The notes: generated by a model from the letters alone, not told the origin. Shown: positions 1-8,406, counted from the first letter of the stretch. The stretch: 43,316 bases of DNA from Allosphingosinicella sp. (GCA_036388655.1 DASVRK010000102.1:1-43316), one strand, 5' to 3'. A program made the numbers and translations.

Positions 1-1
1 T

Positions 2-817
2 CTGCCGGGACACGAAAGCCAGCTCGAGAAGAAGCCCGAGTGGGAACCGCGCTACCCGGGCTCCGGCCGCCTCGAAGGCAAGGTCGCTCTGATCACCGGC
101 GCGGACAGCGGCATCGGCCGCGCCGTCGCCGCCTTGTTCGCGCGCGAGGGCGCCGATGTCGCGATCCTCTATCTCTGCGAGCATGACGACGCCGCCAAGA
201 CGCGCGAGATCGTCGAAGCCGAGGGCCGGCGGGCGATCGCCATTGCCGGCGACGTCGGCGACAAGGACTTCTGCGAGCGCGCCGTCGCCGAGACGGTGGC
301 GAAGCTCGGCCGGCTCGACATCCTCGTCAACAACGCCGCCGAGCAGCACCCCGACACCGAGATCACTGACATCACCGAAGAGCAGCTGAAGCGCACCTTC
401 CAGACCAACATCTTCGGCTATTTCTTCATGGTCCAGGCGGCGCGCCCGCACCTTCAGGAGGGCGCGGCGATCATCAACTGCACGTCGGTGACGATGTACA
501 AGGGATCCAAGGAGCTGCTCGACTATTCGGCGACCAAGGGCGCGATCACCGCCTTCACCCGCTCCTTGTCGGAAAATCTGATCGACAAGGGCATCCGCGT
601 CAACGCGGTCGCGCCGGGGCCGATCTGGACCCCGCTCAATCCGTCGGGCGGATCGACGCCGGAGAAGATGGAGCATTTCGGCGAGGACGTGCCGATGGGC
701 CGGCCCGGCCAGCCGAACGAGGTCGCGCCGAGCTTCCTGTTCCTCGCCTGCGAGGATTCGAGCTACATGTCGGGCCAGGTGCTGCATCCCAATGGCGGCG
801 AGATCGTCGGCAGCTGA
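2..817 (+). CDS. SDR family oxidoreductase (YdaD/YhxC, general-stress-protein-39-like), 5'-truncated by the window edge
   Basis: The frame is open from base 2 (LPGHESQLEKKPEWEPRYPGSGRLEGKVALITGADSGIG). It has TGxxxGIG, NNAA and YSATK (YxxxK) motifs. The track start at 134 is internal. Confidence 0.9.
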   Translation: MPGHESQLEKKPEWEPRYPGSGRLEGKVALITGADSGIGRAVAALFAREGADVAILYLCEHDDAAKTREIVEAEGRRAIAIAGDVGDKDFCERAVAETVAKLGRLDILVNNAAEQHPDTEITDITEEQLKRTFQTNIFGYFFMVQAARPHLQEGAAIINCTSVTMYKGSKELLDYSATKGAITAFTRSLSENLIDKGIRVNAVAPGPIWTPLNPSGGSTPEKMEHFGEDVPMGRPGQPNEVAPSFLFLACEDSSYMSGQVLHPNGGEIVGS

Positions 818-873
818 CCGCTTCTGGCGGCGGCAATTCATGCTATACTCGTGCCGAGGCAGGAGGGTCGGCT

Positions 874-1287
874 ATGCTACGGATCGTCAGCGGTGCGGTG
901 GCGGGGCTGTTGGCGGCGTTCGCGGCCATCATGGCGATCGAATATGTCGGCCATGCGATCTATCCGCTGCCCGCCGACGCCGCCCTTCGCGATCCCGAAG
1001 CGCCCGTGGACGCGCTGTCGATGCCGCTGCCGGTCTTGCTGATCGTGGTCTTCGCCTGGTTCGCCGGGGCCCTGATCGGCGGTGCCGTCGCCAAGCGCAT
1101 CAACGGCCGGTGGTGGTCGCCCTGGCTGGTCGCGGGCATGGTGGCGCTCGGCGGGATCCTCGCCGTGACCATGATGCCGCACCCGACCTGGATGCAGATC
1201 GCGGCGGTGGCGGCGCCGTTGCTCGGCGGCCTCTTTGCCAGCCACGCCGTGTGGGGCGACAGGAGGGCGACCGATGGAGCGCTATAA
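874..1287 (+). CDS. hypothetical 4-TM membrane protein
   Basis: GGAGG upstream of the ATG; four hydrophobic segments; overlaps the start of the next gene. Confidence 0.75.
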   Translation: MLRIVSGAVAGLLAAFAAIMAIEYVGHAIYPLPADAALRDPEAPVDALSMPLPVLLIVVFAWFAGALIGGAVAKRINGRWWSPWLVAGMVALGGILAVTMMPHPTWMQIAAVAAPLLGGLFASHAVWGDRRATDGAL

Positions 1288-1612
1288 GAGCTTCCGCGAA
1301 TTCTGGCCTTTCTACCTGCGCGAGCACAGCAAGCCGCGCACCCGGGCGCTTCATTATGCCGGCACGACCCTGGTGGTGCTAATCGCGCTGGGCGCGCTCG
1401 TCACCGGCACTTGGTGGCTGCTCGCCGCGATGCCGGTGGCCGGCTACGGCTTCGCCTGGGCGAGCCATGCCGCGGTCGAGCGCAACCGGCCGGCTACCTT
1501 CACCTATCCCGGCTGGTCGCTGAAGGCGGATTTCCTGATGTGGTGGCTCTGGCTCACCGGCCGGCTGGGGCCCGAGCTCGAAGCGGCGGGGGTTCGGCCC
1601 AAGGCGCGCTAG
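1274..1612 (+). CDS. DUF962/Mpo1-like membrane protein
   Basis: MERYKSFREFWPFYLREHS...R.LHYAGT...GYGFAW.SH..VERNRPATFTYP.WSL..DF is the typical signature. ATG at 1274. Confidence 0.85.
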   Translation: MERYKSFREFWPFYLREHSKPRTRALHYAGTTLVVLIALGALVTGTWWLLAAMPVAGYGFAWASHAAVERNRPATFTYPGWSLKADFLMWWLWLTGRLGPELEAAGVRPKAR

Positions 1613-2043
1613 AGGTCGCTGATCTCGAAGCCCTCGCCGGCGGCCATACGCTCGGCCAGCACCGCGCGGTGGCAGCGCGGCGCGTCCTTCTCGAAGCACA
1701 ATAAGGCCGCGCGCCGCTCGCGCGCTTCCGACATGGCCTTGACGAAGGCGAGCTCGGCCTCGGGCGTTTCGAGCTGCCCCGCATAGATGGCGCGCATCTC
1801 CCCGGTGCGGCCCTTGCGCGCCGCTTCGCGCCCGGCGGCGGGGGTGCCGAGCGGGCGCAGGTGGAGGTAATCGATGCCGCGCTCCTTGAGCGCCCCCGCC
1901 AGCGCGGCCTTGGAGAAGCCAGGGCGGCGCGAGGCGGCCACGGCGCGCACGTCGATCAGCAGTTCGATGCCGGCCGCGCTCAGCTCGCCGAGGAATTCGG
2001 GAAGGGTCTTGCCTTCATAGCCGATCGTGAACAGCGGGGTCAT
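1609..2043 (-). CDS. DUF488 family protein
   Basis: LFTIGYEG, LIDVR...SRRPGFSK, Y.HL..LG.P and LLCFE.D...CHR motifs. The start could be 2043 or 2061. Confidence 0.85.
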   Translation of the reverse strand: MTPLFTIGYEGKTLPEFLGELSAAGIELLIDVRAVAASRRPGFSKAALAGALKERGIDYLHLRPLGTPAAGREAARKGRTGEMRAIYAGQLETPEAELAFVKAMSEARERRAALLCFEKDAPRCHRAVLAERMAAGEGFEISDL

Positions 2044-2260
2044 GGTCGGCGTCGCTAGCATCTTCGCCGCCGCCGCGCATCGGCAGCGACCAGGAAATCT
2101 GCTTGCGCAGCGACGCTTCGAGATCGTCGAGGCCGGCCTGCTGGGCTTCGGCGCGCTTGACCAGCAGCCTGGCCAGCACCTGCTCCCGGCTTTCCGGGCG
2201 CCAGCGCAGCCGGCGGCCCTCGCTTACGGCTTTGAACAGACGGTGACTCAAGCTCGCCAT
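2015..2260 (-). CDS. small hypothetical protein (81 aa)
   Basis: AGGAAG precedes ATG 2260. The sequence MASLSHRLF...SREQVLARLLVKRAEAQQAGLDDLEASLRKQISWSLP is helical and protein-like. It overlaps the DUF488 start. Confidence 0.6.
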   Translation of the reverse strand: MASLSHRLFKAVSEGRRLRWRPESREQVLARLLVKRAEAQQAGLDDLEASLRKQISWSLPMRGGGEDASDADHDPAVHDRL

Positions 2261-2375
2261 GGGGACTTCCTGCCTAACGCTTCGCCTGAAGCGCCGCGGC
2301 CCCATCCCCCTGGGCGCTTCATGGGTGAAGGGGTAGGCCCACCCTTGTTACCAAAGGCCTAAGCCCGCGCGGCGA

Positions 2376-2696
2376 TCAGTCGAAAAGCTCTTCGAGGAAG
2401 CTTTTCTTGCGCTTGCGGTAGGGCTGGCCGTGGCCCGTATCGTAGCCGCCGCCATAGCCGGGATGCGGGGCGTGCCCCATTTGCGGAGGCGGCGGGGGAG
2501 CGGAGCGCGGTTGCGGCGGCGGGGCCGCGGCGGCGGGAGCGTCGGCCGCGCTGCGCTCGATGATCTTGTCGAGCTCGCCGCGGTCGAGCCAGACCCCGCG
2601 GCAGGTCGGGCAATAATCGATCTCGATATTCTGGCGCTCGCTCATCACCAGCGGCGTACGGTCGATCGGGCACAGCATCGGCTCGGCCATGTTCAT
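2376..2696 (-). CDS. zf-TFIIB-like zinc-ribbon protein
   Basis: CPID...IEIDYCPTCRGVWLDRGELDKII, a Pro/Gly/Tyr linker and C-terminal KKSFLEELFD. AGGAG lies upstream. Confidence 0.85.
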   Translation of the reverse strand: MNMAEPMLCPIDRTPLVMSERQNIEIDYCPTCRGVWLDRGELDKIIERSAADAPAAAAPPPQPRSAPPPPPQMGHAPHPGYGGGYDTGHGQPYRKRKKSFLEELFD

Positions 2697-2714
2697 TCTC
2701 CTATGTCGCTCAGC

Positions 2715-2743
2715 AACTAGGGGCGCGCGGTGCCGGGTTCAAG
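2715..2743 (-). promoter_or_regulatory. RpoH (sigma-32)-like promoter of the zinc-ribbon gene
   Basis: Minus strand reads CTTGAA-N14-CCCCTAGTT, about 20 nt upstream of the start codon. Confidence 0.55.
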
Positions 2744-2906
2744 CCGACCGGCTTCTGTCCGGAATCGTACGCGCCGCACAGTCCGTGCACCGCGGCGTGC
2801 AAAGATCGCCAACATTTGGCGGGAATTGCTGGATTACGGGGGCGCTAAACGGCCATTATGGTGTCCTGGTCACCAGGAAGGCCGCTTTTCCGCCTAGAAC
2901 GCAATT

Positions 2907-2922
2907 TGGCACGGCTCCTGCA
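2907..2922 (+). promoter_or_regulatory. sigma-54 (-24/-12) promoter
   Basis: TGGCACG-GCTC-CTGCA has the correct GG-N10-GC spacing and one mismatch to TGGCACGNNNNTTGCW. Confidence 0.7.
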
Positions 2923-2975
2923 AAGAGGTTGGCATGCCGCCGGATCGCCCGGCGGCGGATAAGGGGAGACCTTCA

Positions 2976-3080
2976 ATGACCATCAATCTTTCGCAGTTCG
3001 CCGCTTCCATCGTCGGCGCCGTCTTCGCCGCCACCTTGTTCGTCAGCGCGGCGGTGGGCCCGGTCGGTCAGTTCATCTGA
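2976..3080 (+). CDS. 34-aa single-TM micro-protein MTINLSQFAASIVGAVFAATLFVSAAVGPVGQFI
   Basis: Not in the ORF track. AAGGGGAG RBS, GC3-rich codons and one hydrophobic helix; lies just downstream of the sigma-54 site. Confidence 0.7.
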   Translation: MTINLSQFAASIVGAVFAATLFVSAAVGPVGQFI

Positions 3081-3113
3081 CCGGCCGCCCCCCGGCGGGT
3101 CCGGGAGGCTGAC

Positions 3114-3227
3114 ATGCGCAGAACCTTGCTCCACTCACTCTTCTTCAAGCTGCAGATGCTGCTGGCGCGCCCGCACAGGCCGGCCCCGGCGATCGCCCGG
3201 GGCGGCGCCGCCGCCGGCGGAACTTAA
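3114..3227 (+). CDS. possible 37-aa micro-protein MRRTLLHSLFFKLQMLLARPHRPAPAIARGGAAAGGT
   Basis: GGAGG 5 nt before ATG 3114; TAA at 3225-3227; co-oriented with the 34-aa ORF. Confidence 0.45.
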   Translation: MRRTLLHSLFFKLQMLLARPHRPAPAIARGGAAAGGT

Positions 3228-3290
3228 TCTGCATCAGCGAATTCCGTTTCGAACGCGGCTCGGCCGGCGTTAATCGAAAAGGGGAATTCC

Positions 3291-3548
3291 ATGCGAAATT
3301 TACTCACCATCGCCGCTGGCGGCGCCATGCTCATGCTGACCGCCTGCGGCGGCCAGGGCGACGACGCGCTCGGCGATAACGTCGCAGACGCTGCCGAGAA
3401 CCGCGCCGACGGGCTCGAGGATGCCGCCGACAATGCGAGCGGTGCCCAGGAGGATTCGCTCGAGGCGCAGGCGGAGATTACCCGCGATACCGGCCAGGCG
3501 CAGGAGGAAGCGATCGACGACGCCGACGTGGTCGTCAACAACCAGTAA
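3291..3548 (+). CDS. small acidic lipoprotein
   Basis: Lipobox LTAC, then Asp/Ala/Glu-rich helical repeats. AAGGGG RBS. Confidence 0.85.
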   Translation: MRNLLTIAAGGAMLMLTACGGQGDDALGDNVADAAENRADGLEDAADNASGAQEDSLEAQAEITRDTGQAQEEAIDDADVVVNNQ

Positions 3549-3549
3549 T

Positions 3550-4629
3550 TCAGATCGGCAGGCGGAGCTGCGGCGGCTCCGCCTGTTCGCCGCCGCCGAG
3601 GCCGGAGAGGGTGAGGCCGAGGAGGCGGATGCCCTTTTCGGCCGGGAGCAGGCCGCGCAGCAGGGCCTTGCCCGTTTCGACGAAGCTGCGCCCGTCCGCC
3701 ACCGGCGCGGGCAGCGACTGGGCGCGGGTGACGATCCTGAAATCCTCATATTTGACTTTGAGCGTCACCGTTCGCCCGGCGATGCCGCGCTCGGCGATCC
3801 GTTCCCAGACGTGGAAGCCGATCCGGTCGAGCTCAGCCAGCAGGTCGGCCTCGTCGCGTAGGTCGGCGGAGAAGGTGTCCTCGGCCCCGATCGACTTGCG
3901 CTCGCGGTCCGCCCTCACCTCGCGGTGGCAGATGCCGCGCGCGAGGTTGTGATAATATTTGCCGGCGCTGCCGAAATTGTGGACGAGGAATTCGAGGCTG
4001 ACCGCGCGCAGGTCGGCGCCGGTCTCGATGCCGAGCCGCGCCATCTTCTCGGCGGTCTTGGGGCCGATGCCGTGGAAGCGCTTGACCGGCAGCCGCGCAA
4101 CGAAGGCCGGCCCCTGCTGCGGCGTCACAACGCACAGACCATCCGGCTTGTTCTGGTCGGAGGCGAGCTTCGCGATGAACTTGTTGTAGCTCACCCCCGC
4201 GGAGGCGGTGAGGCCAGTCTCCGCCTTGATCCTCGCGCGTATCTCGCGGGCGATGTCGGTGGCGATCCCGATCCCCTTCTGATCCTCGGTGACGTCGAGA
4301 TAGGCTTCGTCGAGCGAGAGCGGCTCGACGTGCGGCGTGTAATCCAGGAAGATCGCCCGGATCTGCTGCGACACGGCGCGGTAGGCGTCGAAGCGCGGCC
4401 TGACGAAGATCAGCTCCGGGCAAAGGCGGCGCGCGGTGACCGCCGGCATGGCCGAACGGACGCCCCATTTGCGAGATTCATAGCTTGCCGCCGCGACGAC
4501 GCCCCGCACTCCGCCGCCGACGGCGAGCGGCTTGCCCCTGAGCTCCGGATGGTCGCGCTGCTCGACCGACGCGTAAAAGGCGTCCATATCGACGTGGATG
4601 ATCTTGCGGGCCGGCGCGGCGTCGTTCAC
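3550..4629 (-). CDS. dinB: DNA polymerase IV (Y family)
   Basis: RKIIHVDMDAFYASVEQRD, AASYESR, SLDEAYLDV, NKFIAKLASDQNKPDG and RKSIGAEDTF motifs. Confidence 0.96.
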   Translation of the reverse strand: MNDAAPARKIIHVDMDAFYASVEQRDHPELRGKPLAVGGGVRGVVAAASYESRKWGVRSAMPAVTARRLCPELIFVRPRFDAYRAVSQQIRAIFLDYTPHVEPLSLDEAYLDVTEDQKGIGIATDIAREIRARIKAETGLTASAGVSYNKFIAKLASDQNKPDGLCVVTPQQGPAFVARLPVKRFHGIGPKTAEKMARLGIETGADLRAVSLEFLVHNFGSAGKYYHNLARGICHREVRADRERKSIGAEDTFSADLRDEADLLAELDRIGFHVWERIAERGIAGRTVTLKVKYEDFRIVTRAQSLPAPVADGRSFVETGKALLRGLLPAEKGIRLLGLTLSGLGGGEQAEPPQLRLPI

Positions 4630-4638
4630 CGCTTGTTC
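4624..4638. promoter_or_regulatory. alphaproteobacterial LexA (SOS) box
   Basis: GTTC-ACCGCTT-GTTC (GTTC-N7-GTTC) overlapping the dinB GTG start. Confidence 0.75.
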
Positions 4639-4658
4639 CTAGCGCAAGCCGCCGCGGT

Positions 4659-5072
4659 TTAGAAGCTGAAGCTGAGCCCCACGGCGGCGATTTTCTTCTC
4701 TTGGCCGCGCACGTCCCTCATCGGCTGGATGCGCCTGAATTCCGGCTCCCGCCGCGAATAACGATTCACCGAGAACAGGCCGATGCCGATCGTGGCGTTC
4801 GGCGCCACCTCGACGCTCCCGACCAGCCCCTTGCGGATTGCGGGCTCGCCGTCCTGCTCGCTATAATTTTGGGTGGTGACACTGAACCCGGAGCCCTGGG
4901 AAGGGAACAGCCCGGCGCCCGGCGCGAGATAGGCGGGGCCCTGATCGGGCGGGCCGAGCCGCTGGGCGGCGAGCGGACGGCTGTCGACCGGCTGCTGGGC
5001 CTCGGCAGGCGCGGCGAGGACGAGCGTCGTCGCCAGCGCTGCTAGTGCAACGCGTTCACGCATCTCCTTCAT
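4659..5072 (-). CDS. hypothetical exported protein with C-terminal Phe
   Basis: Signal peptide ending AEA; amphipathic beta-like C-terminus AAVGLSFSF. Confidence 0.7.
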   Translation of the reverse strand: MKEMRERVALAALATTLVLAAPAEAQQPVDSRPLAAQRLGPPDQGPAYLAPGAGLFPSQGSGFSVTTQNYSEQDGEPAIRKGLVGSVEVAPNATIGIGLFSVNRYSRREPEFRRIQPMRDVRGQEKKIAAVGLSFSF

Positions 5073-5313
5073 TACCCCTGTTTTTGTTTTGCAGCTAAAG
5101 CGGTGGAGAGCGAGTCAAAGTTCCATTCGGTCGCAATTCGCAACCGGTTGGTCCCGTTGCGGAACGGTCTGGAGCGAGGCGTTAAAACGGGGCGGCGACG
5201 CCCGTCCGGCCGCTCGGGGCCCGATCCGGGAATAGTACCAAAATGAAGCTGCCTAAGGCAGGCGCGGCAACAAGCCATGGCTTCGCGCGGGCGGCTTCTG
5301 TAGACATCTCGCC

Positions 5314-6468
5314 ATGGTCAGGGGAAAGCGCGACGGATTGCTGATCGCCGGCGGCGGCCTCGCCGGCAGCCTGGCCGCGATCGCCATGGCCAAGGCGCGT
5401 CCCGAAGTGCCGCTGCTGCTCGTCCAGGAAGGCGAGAGCTTCGGCGGCAACCGCATCTGGTCCTTCTTCGACGCCGACATCACCGATGGCGACCGCTGGC
5501 TGGCCGAGCCGCTCCTGTCGGGCAGCTGGCCGGGCTATTACGTTGCTTTCCCGGGGCATAGCCGCAAGCTCAAGGCCGGGATGAGCTGCGTCCGCTCGGC
5601 CGACGTCGACCGGCTGGTGCGCGAGACGCTGCGCCCGGACCAATATCGGCTCGGCACCCGCATCGTCGCCGTCCGCGAGAACGAACTCGTCCTGCTCGGC
5701 GGCGAGCGGATCAAGGCCGACGGAGCGCTCGACGCGCGCGGGGCCGCCAACCTGTCGATGCTCGATCTCGCCTGGCAGAAGTTCGTCGGCCGCGAATATC
5801 GCCTTGCCGCGCCGCATGGCCTCGACCGGCCGGTGTTGATGGATGCGACGGTGGAGCAGTCGCACGGCTGCCGCTTCGTGCGCTGCGTGCCTTTGGGGCC
5901 CGACCGCATGCTGATCGAGGACATATATTATTCGAATAGCCCGGAGCTCGATACCGCCGCGCTCGGCGGGCGGATCGAGGCCTATGCCACCAAGCGCGGC
6001 TGGCCGACGGCCGAGCTCGAACAGGAAGTATCGGACGTGCTTCCGGTCGCTTTGGGCGGCGACTTCGGCGCTTTCTGGCGGGTCGGCGGCGCGCGGGTCG
6101 CCAAGCTCGGCCTGCGCGGCGGCTTCTTCCACCCGACCACCGGCTCGGGGCTCGCCGATGCGGTCCACAATGCGGTGTTGCTGAGCCAGCAGCGCGACCT
6201 CGGCGGCGCCGCCTTGCACGATCTGTTCGAATCGCAGGCCGCGCAGCTCTGGAAGAGGCGCGAATTCTACCGCACCTTCAACACCATGCTGTTCCGCGGC
6301 GCGGCTCCGCACGAGCGCGCCGCGATGTTCGAGCAACTCTACCGGCTCGATCCGGCGCTGATCGCCCGGTTCCACGCCGGCCGGCCCACGGTGCTCGACC
6401 GCATGCGCGTCACGGGGCTCAAGCCGCCGGCGCCCGCCAAGGCATCGACGGCCGCGCCGCGCAAGTGA
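5314..6468 (+). CDS. crtY: lycopene beta-cyclase CrtY-like flavoprotein (divergent)
   Basis: IAGGGLAG, GGNRIWSF, DARG, WQKFVG.E, PHGLDRPVLMDATVEQ, LIED, FHPTTG and YRL....IARF.AG motifs. Confidence 0.8.
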   Translation: MVRGKRDGLLIAGGGLAGSLAAIAMAKARPEVPLLLVQEGESFGGNRIWSFFDADITDGDRWLAEPLLSGSWPGYYVAFPGHSRKLKAGMSCVRSADVDRLVRETLRPDQYRLGTRIVAVRENELVLLGGERIKADGALDARGAANLSMLDLAWQKFVGREYRLAAPHGLDRPVLMDATVEQSHGCRFVRCVPLGPDRMLIEDIYYSNSPELDTAALGGRIEAYATKRGWPTAELEQEVSDVLPVALGGDFGAFWRVGGARVAKLGLRGGFFHPTTGSGLADAVHNAVLLSQQRDLGGAALHDLFESQAAQLWKRREFYRTFNTMLFRGAAPHERAAMFEQLYRLDPALIARFHAGRPTVLDRMRVTGLKPPAPAKASTAAPRK

Positions 6469-6475
6469 GCAAGGC

Positions 6476-6901
6476 TCAGGCGCGAAGCCGGGCCGCCAGC
6501 GTTTCGACCGCGTCGGCCAGCCGGCGCCGCTCCTGAAGGCTCCGCCAGAGCAGCAAGGTGGCGAGCGCGGCGATGCCGACCAGCGCCAGCAAGGCATAAA
6601 AGATCGACTCGAGCCAGGGCTCTGCGCCGTCCGCCTCCTGGGGCGGCGGCGGAGCGATGGTCCCGACAGCCGCTCCGGGTGACGCAGGCTGCGCTGCGGG
6701 ACCCGGCGGAGCCTCGGGCCGGCTCGGCCCCGCCGCCGGCTCCGCCCCGTGGTCCGGCTGAGGCGCCGGCGGCGCGGTCTCGATCATCGTCGTCGGGATG
6801 CTGCCGGAGGGGATCGAGGCGATGGCGCCGATGATCGACAGGCTGACCAGGCTGGCGAGCACCAGCATGATCACGCGGCTGATCCAGTCGAACAGCTTCA
6901 T
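6476..6901 (-). CDS. hypothetical 2-TM membrane protein with Pro-rich loop
   Basis: Two hydrophobic helices flank a Pro/Ala-rich linker; the ORF fills the gap between crtY and sucC. Confidence 0.7.
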   Translation of the reverse strand: MKLFDWISRVIMLVLASLVSLSIIGAIASIPSGSIPTTMIETAPPAPQPDHGAEPAAGPSRPEAPPGPAAQPASPGAAVGTIAPPPPQEADGAEPWLESIFYALLALVGIAALATLLLWRSLQERRRLADAVETLAARLRA

Positions 6902-7043
6902 GGCGCTTCAACCCATTGCGGCCCCGCCCGTTGCAGGGCCATGGGTCCGCGCCTGACGGCAGGAGCGGCAGCCGAGCCGCCTTGCCCATGGCGCGCCGAC
7001 TGTGCTTTAGGGCCGGCACGTTTCGCGGAGGAAGAGCCGTCCC

Positions 7044-8243
7044 ATGAATATCCACGAATATCAGGCCAAGGAGCTGCTCGCCCGCTTCGGTGTGCCGGTC
7101 CCCGACGGCCATGCCGCGATGAGCGTCGCAGAGGCCGTGGCCGCCGCGGAGAAGCTCCCCGGCCCGCTCTATGTCGTGAAGTCGCAGATTCACGCCGGCG
7201 GCCGCGGCAAGGGCAAGTTCAAGGAATTGGGACCCGATGCGAAGGGCGGCGTTCGCCTCGCCCGGACCCTGGACGAGGTGCGCGCGGCCGCCTCGGAGAT
7301 GCTCGGTAACACCCTCGTCACCATCCAGACCGGCGCCGAGGGGAAGCAGGTCCAGCGGCTCTACGTCACCGACGGGGTCGACATCGAAAAGGAATTCTAC
7401 CTCGCTTTGCTGGTCGACCGGAGCACCGGGCGGATCGCCGTGGTCGCGTCGACTGAAGGCGGCATGGACATCGAGACGGTGGCGCATGACACCCCCGACA
7501 AGATCGAGACCATCACCATCGATCCCGCGACCGGGCTGATGCCGCACCACGGCCGCGCGGTCGCCGCCGCGCTCGAGCTGGACGGCGACCTCGCCAAGCA
7601 GGCCCAGCAGGTGCTGGCGCGACTCTATGAAGCCTTCGTCGGCACCGACGCCTCGCAGATCGAGATCAACCCGCTGGCGGTGACCGGCGACGGCAAGGTG
7701 ATGGTGCTCGACGCCAAGGTCAGCTTCGATTCGAACGCCATGTTCCGCCACAAGGACCTCGCCGGCCTCCGCGACGAGAGCGAGGAGGACCCGATGGAGA
7801 TCGAGGCGTCCCGCTACGATCTCGCCTACATCAAGCTCGACGGCGATATCGGCTGCATGGTCAACGGCGCCGGGCTCGCCATGGCGACGATGGACATCAT
7901 CAAATTGAACGGCGCCGAGCCCGCCAACTTCCTCGACGTCGGCGGCGGCGCCTCCAAGGAAAAGGTGACGGCCGCGTTCAAGATCATCCTGTCCGACCCG
8001 TCGGTGAAGGGCATCCTGGTCAACATCTTCGGCGGCATCATGCGCTGCGACATCATCGCCGACGGGATCATCGCCGCGGCCAAGGAGGTGAACCTGTCGG
8101 TGCCTCTGGTGGTCCGGCTGGAGGGCACCAATGTCGAGGAAGGCAAGGCGATCCTCGCCCAGAGCGGGCTCGCCATCGTGCCCGCCAACGACCTCGGCGA
8201 TGCCGCGAGGAAGATCGTCGCGGCGGTCCGCGAAGCCGCATGA
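7044..8243 (+). CDS. sucC: succinyl-CoA ligase (ADP-forming) beta subunit
   Basis: [24 protein letters not shown] and [17 protein letters not shown]...[11 protein letters not shown] motifs. Confidence 0.98.
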   Translation: MNIHEYQAKELLARFGVPVPDGHAAMSVAEAVAAAEKLPGPLYVVKSQIHAGGRGKGKFKELGPDAKGGVRLARTLDEVRAAASEMLGNTLVTIQTGAEGKQVQRLYVTDGVDIEKEFYLALLVDRSTGRIAVVASTEGGMDIETVAHDTPDKIETITIDPATGLMPHHGRAVAAALELDGDLAKQAQQVLARLYEAFVGTDASQIEINPLAVTGDGKVMVLDAKVSFDSNAMFRHKDLAGLRDESEEDPMEIEASRYDLAYIKLDGDIGCMVNGAGLAMATMDIIKLNGAEPANFLDVGGGASKEKVTAAFKIILSDPSVKGILVNIFGGIMRCDIIADGIIAAAKEVNLSVPLVVRLEGTNVEEGKAILAQSGLAIVPANDLGDAARKIVAAVREAA

Positions 8244-8250
8244 GACCCGC

Positions 8251-8371
8251 ACCGTTCGCCCTGAGCCTGTCGAAGCCTGTCCTGAGCGACGCCGCAGGCG
8301 GCGTCGAAGGGGGCTTTCCTTCTTGCGGAGGAAGTGAAGGGGAGGGCTTCGACAAGCTCAGCCCGAACGGT
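8251..8371. repeat. REP/REPIN-like inverted repeat with nested extra unit
   Basis: 27-nt arms ACCGTTCGCCCTGAGCCTGTCGAAGCC (8251-8277) and GGCTTCGACAAGCTCAGCCCGAACGGT (8345-8371) differ at 3 positions. An internal CCTGAGC-GACGCCGC-AG-GCGGCGTC-GAAGGG unit lies between them. Confidence 0.85.
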
Positions 8372-8406
8372 TCCGTTATCGTTCCTTCCGGAGGAGTCCT
8401 GGAACC

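Noticed and set aside
5161..5183. EcfG/SigT-like GGAAC...CGTT promoters (also near 3219-3272)
   Set aside because: Spacers are 14, 13 or 21 nt rather than the expected 16-17.
7044..8243. sucC without adjacent sucD
   Set aside because: As I recall, split sucC/sucD with sucC beside etfBA is the usual sphingomonad arrangement; not unusual.
8370..8384. GTTC-N7-GTTC LexA-like box upstream of etfB
   Set aside because: The first half overlaps the end of the REP arm and etfBA is not an expected SOS target; probably chance, though testable by EMSA.
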